The translations under genes and the position numbers were made by a program. DNA of 64,000 nucleotides from a virus (taxonomy: Duplodnaviria; Caudoviricetes). The DNA lies in IMG/VR virus record IMGVR_UViG_3300023170_004399, positions 160,001 to 224,000 of that record; one strand, written 5' to 3'. The notes under the pieces are model-generated. The model ran no database searches, was not told the DNA's origin, and was given only the letters and a program-made list of their open reading frames with translations. This document shows positions 57,215 to 64,000 of the stretch, piece by piece (the stretch's first letter is position 1; each line of letters begins with the position of its first letter).

Positions 57215-57555
57215 GTATCTATTATAGTGATGAGTTAGAAGGTAAAATTGATAAGTCACAGTTTGAGCGTGAGTTTAGACAAAATACATTGTATATGGTA
57301 AAGCCATTTAAACTGCAAGTCACTGAATTTAGTAAAAAACAGAGCGGCACGTATGTAAAAGTGTACATGAAAGACATTTATGACGAAGTTGTTGAATATA
57401 TATTGTTAGGTGGATTTGCAAATGATGAAACTGTTTTAGAGTTTGAGTATAATGGAAAACCAATAAGCTTTATTAATAAAGTAAATTTTTATGAATACAG
57501 TTTTGCACATAAAGACTGGATGGTAATTGGTGAAGAAGTTAGGAGAAAAAAATGA
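57211..57555 (+). CDS. Hypothetical protein
   Basis: Start ATG 57211, overlapping the previous stop. Confidence 0.7.
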   Translation: MSIYYSDELEGKIDKSQFEREFRQNTLYMVKPFKLQVTEFSKKQSGTYVKVYMKDIYDEVVEYILLGGFANDETVLEFEYNGKPISFINKVNFYEYSFAHKDWMVIGEEVRRKK

Positions 57556-58217
57556 ATCTAGACGATATTATAAAAAAAGCTACTATTAATAGCCTTAAAG
57601 AAAGTGGTCTTATAACAGAAGACCGTGAACAAGAAGAGAAAAGAGAGTTGCTACGTCAGCAAGCAGCCGCGGATGCATTTGAAAAAGGCGGATACAAAGC
57701 ACCGACAAAAAAGGATAAAGAAAAAGATAAAACTTTACAAGATAAAAAAGGTGATGACGCTGATGAGGCAGAAGACGATGCTGGCTTAAAACCAAAAGAG
57801 CCAAAAAGTGAAAAACTGCCTTCAATAACTGTTAGAAAGGTAATAGATAAAATCGATGATATAAGAGCCGGTTATAGTTTACATACAAAAAAAGGCGTTA
57901 AAGACCTTACATTGTATTTCAATCGATTGAGCAAAAATGAACAAATAGCACTGTATGCCTTTCTTACGGGAATAGAACAAGTGATGGATTCAGAAACAGA
58001 AATTGATGGCCCGACAGCTGACATACCAACAAAAGATCCTTATGCTATTCAGATGAAAAGAAACAAGGTTATAAAAGCAAAAAAGAAAAAAGCTGCTAGT
58101 AAAAAATCAAAGCCGGGAAGTGCGGAAAGTCCTATCGTTGTAGGAGAAGCTGCAGATAAATCAACTATTAAACGTAGATTATTACAGATTAATCGGAAAA
58201 ACAAAAAACGAGTATAA
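57552..58217 (+). CDS. Hypothetical protein
   Basis: Begins MNLDDIIKKATINSLKESGLITED. Confidence 0.75.
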   Translation: MNLDDIIKKATINSLKESGLITEDREQEEKRELLRQQAAADAFEKGGYKAPTKKDKEKDKTLQDKKGDDADEAEDDAGLKPKEPKSEKLPSITVRKVIDKIDDIRAGYSLHTKKGVKDLTLYFNRLSKNEQIALYAFLTGIEQVMDSETEIDGPTADIPTKDPYAIQMKRNKVIKAKKKKAASKKSKPGSAESPIVVGEAADKSTIKRRLLQINRKNKKRV

Positions 58218-58245
58218 TTAATATTATATATTTTAGGAGACAATA

Positions 58246-58899
58246 ATGCGTTGGTCAGCAAAGAAACTTAAGAATTTCATACTTAAAGAGGTAAGATTAC
58301 TTGAAAAACATGCACACGGTCACGATCCAATGAAAAGCATGGGAATGAGTGGTGTATCAGATTATGATGATTACTACGATGATGAAGATTTAGGAATGAT
58401 GGATGTACATATCCATAGACATCATGATGATGAAGAAGAAATGCATCCTTATGATATAGCTGATCAAATGCACGATGAAGATCACAGTCATGACATGCCT
58501 CATGGTGCAATGCCAGATTATCACAATCCAATGGACGATATGCATGATGAGCACATGGGGGCTGAGCATGATGATTATGATGATTATCACGATCACGGAT
58601 TAGAAATGGACGATGAAGATATGGATTTGGGCCCAGCATCCGGATTTAGCCCTAACTCATATGAAGATGATTATCCTGGTGTGAAAGATTTGCATTTATA
58701 TGAAGCAGATGAAGATGTAGATGAAGATGAGCTTAATGAATATGATGAGTTAGAAGAAGACGACGAAATTGATGAAGGTGGGTGTGGATCTTCTCGAGGC
58801 GGAATGTACGGAGAAGGTGACGAAGACGAAGACGAAGGTGAAAAACTGGAAGAAGGTCTTCGAAGATGGCAAAAATTAGCTGGTCTTTTAAGAGGGTAA
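58246..58899 (+). CDS. His/Asp/Met-rich low-complexity protein
   Basis: AGGAG SD; about 19 His; ends RRWQKLAGLLRG. Confidence 0.75.
   Translation: MRWSAKKLKNFILKEVRLLEKHAHGHDPMKSMGMSGVSDYDDYYDDEDLGMMDVHIHRHHDDEEEMHPYDIADQMHDEDHSHDMPHGAMPDYHNPMDDMHDEHMGAEHDDYDDYHDHGLEMDDEDMDLGPASGFSPNSYEDDYPGVKDLHLYEADEDVDEDELNEYDELEEDDEIDEGGCGSSRGGMYGEGDEDEDEGEKLEEGLRRWQKLAGLLRG
58863..58884 (+). repeat. 22-nt dispersed exact repeat, copy 2
   Basis: Identical to 52249-52270. Confidence 0.9.
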
Positions 58900-58902
58900 C
58901 AC

Positions 58903-59730
58903 GTGGATCATGAAGTTGAACTAGCTGTTCGAACATTACAGCAAAACAGTACTGATGTGCAAGCTGCAGCTAATTTTAAAAGAAGTCTAGATGATTATAT
59001 TGACGATATTATAGAAGGCTTGGCACCTAAACTGGTTGATCATGTTAGAGAACAAGAAGTCGATGAAGATGTTGATGAGTTTTTTGATGGTGTAAAGCAA
59101 GCAGGTCTAGATAACTTTCGTGCTTATCAACAAAGTCAAGATATCGGTACATTTGAGTCATTGCTACAACAATATAAACGTACTGAGACAGACGATTTTA
59201 TAGAAGGCTATGAGTATGGATGGAAAAATGGTGTCGATATACGTACATATAATAGCATCGATGAATTACCTATAGAATTGAAAGACGAATTAGTTTCAGT
59301 AGCTATCGATACTTTTGATGATAGACTTACAGAAGAATCTATAATCGCTGCAATGCAAGAAGCATGGCATCACTTAAACCCAATGAATATCTTACGAGCT
59401 CTAGGCACAGCTTTTAAAGAAGGTGACTGGAAATTGTTTCTTAAGTTAGCACTCTTTGAATTGTTTGAACATTATGTTTTGCCTACTGTTTTAGTGTCTC
59501 TGACTGGCAACCCTGCTTTTATGGCATTAGCAGCAATACCAATTGGTGAAGTTTTAATACCAATTTATTTAGCCATAGTTGGTGGAAAAGACAAAGGGCC
59601 CGACATCCCAGGTCATTATGATCAATATAAAGAACGAAAAGCTGCAGCTGCTAAAATACCGGAAGGCCGAGTCTATAAATTAAATGAAGCGCAAACTAGA
59701 CTTTTTGTACAATCAGTTCTAAACGGATAA
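58903..59730 (+). CDS. Hypothetical protein with a hydrophobic C-terminal segment
   Basis: GTG start after GAGGG. Confidence 0.7.
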   Translation: MDHEVELAVRTLQQNSTDVQAAANFKRSLDDYIDDIIEGLAPKLVDHVREQEVDEDVDEFFDGVKQAGLDNFRAYQQSQDIGTFESLLQQYKRTETDDFIEGYEYGWKNGVDIRTYNSIDELPIELKDELVSVAIDTFDDRLTEESIIAAMQEAWHHLNPMNILRALGTAFKEGDWKLFLKLALFELFEHYVLPTVLVSLTGNPAFMALAAIPIGEVLIPIYLAIVGGKDKGPDIPGHYDQYKERKAAAAKIPEGRVYKLNEAQTRLFVQSVLNG

Positions 59731-59731
59731 T

Positions 59732-59739
59732 ATATTTAT
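59732..59739 (+). promoter_or_regulatory. ATATTTAT motif (putative late promoter)
   Basis: Intergenic copy. Confidence 0.35.
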
Positions 59740-59757
59740 TACTAAAGAGGTAATAAT

Positions 59758-61095
59758 ATGCGTAATAAGAAGTTATTGTTAGAAGGGTCGATGGATAATT
59801 TAATTTCTGGTAATTTTGGTGCCAGTTCACCGGCCGGTCAAGCATTAAGAAATTTTAACACAGTTTTCATTGGTGTAACTCGTAAATTGTTAAGAGCAAC
59901 AATCATGTCGATCGATGTTGCTTTATTTACATGGTTTCCAACATCATACAAAGATGTTTTAAGAGATTATAAAAACGATATTAATGGTATTGAGAATAGT
60001 TACTCAGCTGCTTTGTCACAACTAACAGAAAACTTGCCAGTAGCGCAAAAAAGTATGTTGTTGTTAAACCCTGCAGCTTATTTTTTATATCATGGTACTG
60101 AAATTTCCCAAACAGTGTTCGATAGTAATTCAAGCTTATATAATTTAATGCAACAAACTGGGTTTGACAAACTACCTGGGATTGGTTGGGCTTTTAGAGA
60201 TCAATCGACACACGTAGTTGACCCTGAAAGATTATCCGAATATATTGATAATGGTCAAAATGGACTGGCATTAGCATATTTGTTTGGTAATCAAAACGTT
60301 TTAGATGCATTGCAGGGTCAAAAACAGGGTGGCGGTTCCGATGGTTCCTTTATGTCAAAACTTTTTGGCAAAATAAATGATATATTTACTGGTAAGGCTG
60401 TCGTCGATTTATTTAGAGAAAGTAAAACAATTAATAGAAAAGTTATTTTAGAAAACAAAAAAGACAAAGATCTTGTAAAACTATATGCAATATTGCTTAA
60501 GAGGCTTTCTAAAATAGCAATCAAAAATAAGATAAGTTTGATCGATGAAAAGCAGCAAGAAAAAGTTTTAAAAATACACGCAGCTGCATGTAAAAACGCA
60601 ACGAAGCAATTGACAGAAAGAATGAAAGCATTAAATATATTGTTGGCTCTTGAAGATAAATCAAAAGAACCCAAAGAATATTATGCTGCGTTAGCAGAGT
60701 ATAAAAGAATTGTAAATGACAAGAAATTAAGTCTCAGCAAAATTAAATCTGACATTAAAAGTGAAATGCCTAACATGTTACGTGACAAGAAAATATTGCA
60801 AGATTACAAAAAGACTAGTAAACGTGGTTCAATTGATAAAAAAGCTTTCCAGCAATATTGTGAATTAAGAATATTAAATAGTATAATTAATCAGATAAAG
60901 GTAACAGCTTATTCTGCCGGCGAAGAATTTTATCAAAAAGTTGAAAAAGATCTTTTGTTTGGGATGACAGCAAAGCAGCTGGTTTCGGGTCCGCAATCAA
61001 ATGAATACACTAAAAAAGTATATAAGCAGTATGAAGACACCATTAAAAACGTGGCACGTGCCACGCGTGGCACAATTGGTAAAAAAAATAAATAA
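59758..61095 (+). CDS. Hypothetical protein (445 aa)
   Basis: GAGG SD; begins MRNKKLLLEG. Confidence 0.75.
   Translation: MRNKKLLLEGSMDNLISGNFGASSPAGQALRNFNTVFIGVTRKLLRATIMSIDVALFTWFPTSYKDVLRDYKNDINGIENSYSAALSQLTENLPVAQKSMLLLNPAAYFLYHGTEISQTVFDSNSSLYNLMQQTGFDKLPGIGWAFRDQSTHVVDPERLSEYIDNGQNGLALAYLFGNQNVLDALQGQKQGGGSDGSFMSKLFGKINDIFTGKAVVDLFRESKTINRKVILENKKDKDLVKLYAILLKRLSKIAIKNKISLIDEKQQEKVLKIHAAACKNATKQLTERMKALNILLALEDKSKEPKEYYAALAEYKRIVNDKKLSLSKIKSDIKSEMPNMLRDKKILQDYKKTSKRGSIDKKAFQQYCELRILNSIINQIKVTAYSAGEEFYQKVEKDLLFGMTAKQLVSGPQSNEYTKKVYKQYEDTIKNVARATRGTIGKKNK
61050..61073. repeat. Two overlapping perfect 16-bp palindromes (GC-rich)
   Basis: CGTGGCACGTGCCACG (61050-61065) and GTGCCACGCGTGGCAC (61058-61073). 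Confidence 0.9.
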
Positions 61096-61143
61096 ACAAC
61101 TGCAGCTAGTTTAGTATTATTATTTTTTATTTGGAGAAATAAT

Positions 61144-61506
61144 ATGTCAAATCAAAATCCTAGAAAGTGGCTGCCAGAAATTGTTTATGAAGAGTATGAA
61201 GGTGGATTAGCTGGACAAGCAATGCCGTTTATTCAGATCCCGGAAGGGAAAGAAATGCCTGATATGCTTTTTATTTTTGGTACCAAGCCAACAGGCGAAT
61301 TTGAACCTGATGCTGAAGGTAATGAACAGCCTATTATGGAGATGGAGCCATACAGCTTTGCAAACATGAAATATCTTGAAGATGAGTTAGACGAACAAAC
61401 TTTTGATAAGATCAGAGTTGTAATGGGATTGTTACCTCTCAGGGAAGCTAGGGAAAAAGGTAGACAATTGTCAAAAGACATGGTTGAAAAAAACTTAAAA
61501 AAATAA
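61144..61506 (+). CDS. Hypothetical protein
   Basis: GGAG SD, clean ORF. Confidence 0.75.
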   Translation: MSNQNPRKWLPEIVYEEYEGGLAGQAMPFIQIPEGKEMPDMLFIFGTKPTGEFEPDAEGNEQPIMEMEPYSFANMKYLEDELDEQTFDKIRVVMGLLPLREAREKGRQLSKDMVEKNLKK

Positions 61507-61528
61507 TTAGAAACCTTTGACTACACAC

Positions 61529-61542
61529 GTATAATATTATAC
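61529..61542. promoter_or_regulatory. Perfect 14-bp palindrome containing TATAAT (-10 box / putative operator)
   Basis: GTATAATATTATAC. Confidence 0.5.
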
Positions 61543-61557
61543 TTTTCGGAGGTTATT

Positions 61558-62349
61558 ATGAACGAACAAAACTACTTAATTGAAAGAACTGATGTGGAAA
61601 ACGCGCTAAAACATATGACGGAATTTTACAAAGATCTGTCTATTCTTCACGCAAAGTATGATATTGATTTAGAAGCTAATAGAGGTAGAAGAAATATTCT
61701 AATGTCCTCTGTTATGGAAAAGTTTCTATCAACTGAGCTTAACGAAAGACATGTATCTGCTGAAGCTGATGGCGCAACCGGGAAAGCAGACATTATTGTT
61801 GAAATTTCTGATGGCAAATTTGAAGAACTAGAATGTAAGTTAACTAGTCCGCACAAAAATGGTACAACAATTGCATTTCAAACAGATCATGACACTTTGC
61901 TTCAAAAAGGTTCTTTAGATTATATATACATAATCGCTAATGAAACGTTTGATGGATTTGTTGGCATACATTTTGTTGGCCTTACAGTTGACGATTTTAG
62001 ACCGGTGTCTCCGGGTGCTCGTGGCAAAGCTCAAATGTACAAGCATCGAGGTATGAAAAAGGCTCGTGTTTTATTTGGGAATGCTGTTAAATTAAATGAA
62101 AAACATATAATGAAAATTAGGAAAGAAATAGTTGTATCAAAACTAAAATCAGAATACAATATATGTATGTGGAAAAAAGATTTAAAATCTGCTGACCCTT
62201 CTACAAGAAAATACCAACTTTTAATAGAAAAGATTGATAGAAGTAGAAGCAATCATGAATCATATGAAAACAGAAGACTTAACAAAATAGAAGAAATATC
62301 ATCACGAAATGAAAGATATTCATTCGAATATGAAAAATTAGAGGATTAA
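61558..62349 (+). CDS. PD-(D/E)XK restriction-endonuclease-like nuclease
   Basis: MEKF ... GKADIIV ... ELECKLT arrangement. Confidence 0.55.
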   Translation: MNEQNYLIERTDVENALKHMTEFYKDLSILHAKYDIDLEANRGRRNILMSSVMEKFLSTELNERHVSAEADGATGKADIIVEISDGKFEELECKLTSPHKNGTTIAFQTDHDTLLQKGSLDYIYIIANETFDGFVGIHFVGLTVDDFRPVSPGARGKAQMYKHRGMKKARVLFGNAVKLNEKHIMKIRKEIVVSKLKSEYNICMWKKDLKSADPSTRKYQLLIEKIDRSRSNHESYENRRLNKIEEISSRNERYSFEYEKLED

Positions 62350-62352
62350 AAA

Positions 62353-62553
62353 ATGAAATTACATCACACTACTATCGAAAAACTTATTAAACTATTTGAA
62401 ATCAACGGCGGCTGGAAAGAACAGTGGAAGCTTAAAAAAGCATTGTCTGAATTAGATCTATCAGTTTATAAACAACAGTCTGGTCAAGAAATTATTGTTA
62501 CTACTGAAGATTTGCAAAGAGAAGCGCGTGGGTCACAAACTGAGGCAGGGTAA
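62353..62553 (+). CDS. Hypothetical protein
   Basis: GAGGA SD. Confidence 0.65.
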   Translation: MKLHHTTIEKLIKLFEINGGWKEQWKLKKALSELDLSVYKQQSGQEIIVTTEDLQREARGSQTEAG

Positions 62554-62555
62554 TA

Positions 62556-62975
62556 ATGGAATATAATGTTGGTGACATACTTTGGATTGTTACTAATGAG
62601 AGACCGGGTTTAATCGTTGGCCAAATTTCCGAAGAGATTGTTAAAAAAACACTTAAAGGTGAAAACAAAATCTATACAATTGATTTGGCCAGGGGTTCTA
62701 AAACTGTTAAAGTCAATCTTAGTAAAATTGCTGGTGACATATTTGCATCGGAAGATGAAGCTAAGTCAGCAATGCTAAAAGATGCAGAGGAAGCAATCAA
62801 CGAATTGATTAATTATAATAATGAAAGTATCAAAAAACATTTTAATATCAATGAAGTTGCAGCAGCTGTTAAAATAGACAATAATCCAGATTATGAATAT
62901 ATTGAATTAGAAAATGGACAAAAAGCTAAGGTGAAAATACCAAAGGAGTTGAAAAATGCCCGAAAGAATAATTGA
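62556..62975 (+). CDS. Hypothetical protein
   Basis: Clean ORF in an operon. Confidence 0.7.
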   Translation: MEYNVGDILWIVTNERPGLIVGQISEEIVKKTLKGENKIYTIDLARGSKTVKVNLSKIAGDIFASEDEAKSAMLKDAEEAINELINYNNESIKKHFNINEVAAAVKIDNNPDYEYIELENGQKAKVKIPKELKNARKNN

Positions 62976-63150
62976 AGGTGCACAACTAGAAAAACTAAGA
63001 ACTGATGGCATTATTTCAGATAATGAAATTGCAATTCAGGAAGGTGATATTGTACTAGCAAAAAATGTGGTTAATCAGTCACGTCGTATTATTGGCAAAG
63101 TGTCTGAAATATTAACTGAAAGTAATAAGAAAAGAATTTTGAGGGACTAA
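62956..63150 (+). CDS. Hypothetical protein
   Basis: AAGGAG SD. Confidence 0.7.
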   Translation: MPERIIEGAQLEKLRTDGIISDNEIAIQEGDIVLAKNVVNQSRRIIGKVSEILTESNKKRILRD

Positions 63151-64000
63151 TGTTTGAATCAACAACAAAAGATTTAGTATTTAACGATGAAGCAAGAACT
63201 AAGTTGCTTGGTGGTGTTACTAAATTAGCTGACGCTGTAAGGGTTACTATGGGACCTGGTGGTCTTAATGTAGTAATAGAACAAGGTGAAAACTTATTGC
63301 CTGTTTTGACTAAAGATGGCGTCACAGTCGCTAAAGCTGTCAACCTTAAAGACAAAATAGAAAATATTGGTGTGCAACTAGTTAAAGAAGCTGCGTCTGG
63401 TGCTGCTGAAATAGCTGGTGATGGAACAACTACTGCTACTGTGTTAGCTCATTCTATATTTGATTTAGGGCTACGTAGCGTTAACTCTGGTTACAATCCA
63501 GTGAAGTTACGTAAAGGTATCAAGGCAGCTGCGCAAGATGTTGTTGAGATTATAAAAAAACAGAGTTTCCCAGTGTCGTCGAATGAGGACATAATTTCAG
63601 TTGGTACAATATCAGCTAATGGGGAAAGAGAAATCGGTGAATTACTGTGTCAGGCAATGGATGCTGTTGGTTTAGATGGCGTCATAACTGTTGAAGAGGC
63701 TAAAGGTTTTAAAACTAGTCTTACACAAGTTGAAGGTACAAGAATTGATCGAGGGTATCTTTCCCCATATTTTATTAATGATGAAGCAAGAAATGTTTGC
63801 AAACTTGACAAACCTTTAGTTTTGCTTACAAATAAAAAAATATCATCATTGAAAGAAATATTAGGATTATTAGAAAAAATTCACGCATCTCAAAGATCTT
63901 TATTGATAATTGCAGATGACGTAGATGGAGATGCCTTAAATGGTTTAGTTTTAAACAGTGCTAAAGGTATACTAAAAAACTGTTGCATCAGGGCACCAGA
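63150..64000 (+). CDS. groEL: Chaperonin GroEL (partial, runs off the window; absent from the ORF track)
   Basis: [61 protein letters not shown]. Confidence 0.95.
   Translation, partial: MFESTTKDLVFNDEARTKLLGGVTKLADAVRVTMGPGGLNVVIEQGENLLPVLTKDGVTVAKAVNLKDKIENIGVQLVKEAASGAAEIAGDGTTTATVLAHSIFDLGLRSVNSGYNPVKLRKGIKAAAQDVVEIIKKQSFPVSSNEDIISVGTISANGEREIGELLCQAMDAVGLDGVITVEEAKGFKTSLTQVEGTRIDRGYLSPYFINDEARNVCKLDKPLVLLTNKKISSLKEILGLLEKIHASQRSLLIIADDVDGDALNGLVLNSAKGILKNCCIRAP

Noticed and set aside
944-63355. Minus-strand ORFs in the six-frame track
   Set aside because: All lie antisense to well-supported + strand genes, lack SDs and recognisable motifs, and read as codon shadows.
1-64000. Alternative genetic code (stop-codon reassignment, seen in some jumbo phages)
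   Set aside because: Conserved enzymes are full length under code 11, and TAA, TAG and TGA all end genes at sensible positions.
1-64000. Eukaryotic giant virus, prophage or bacterial chromosome
   Set aside because: Contractile-tail genes, SD-led operons, DnaE and a single coding strand indicate a phage; no integrase, transposase or att site was seen.

Overview
A 64-kb fragment of an AT-rich (roughly 30% GC by eye) jumbo tailed phage with a contractile tail, using the standard genetic code, with every credible gene on the + strand. From left to right it holds: a tail/baseplate module (sheath, tube, assembly chaperone with a likely +1 frameshift, tape measure, baseplate proteins) interrupted by a block of small early-type genes; a replication module (minimal family-A polymerase, gp32-like SSB, RecA, 5'-3' exonuclease, DnaB-like helicase, class II RNR, and further on DnaE); accessory genes (ClpP, Dps-like, amidase, type II glutamine synthetase, adenine MTase, ThyX, Fpg/Nei, J-domain protein); a promoter-led, tightly coupled nucleotide-modification operon (40004-46866); a block of probable head proteins sharing short N- and C-terminal motifs, including an Fe/Mn SOD and a pterin dehydratase; a holin/spanin-like cassette; a PD-(D/E)XK nuclease; and a GroEL cut by the window end. 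The strongest candidate for a new system is the cytosine hypermodification operon: NMP kinase, carbamoyltransferase, TWO thymidylate-synthase-fold genes (both with the dCMP-specifying Asp, one degenerate), dUTPase, sugar epimerase, cupin, DHH phosphoesterase and deaminase, with dTMP synthesis handled by a separate ThyX. All calls come from motif recognition by eye; no database search, folding program or alignment tool was run.
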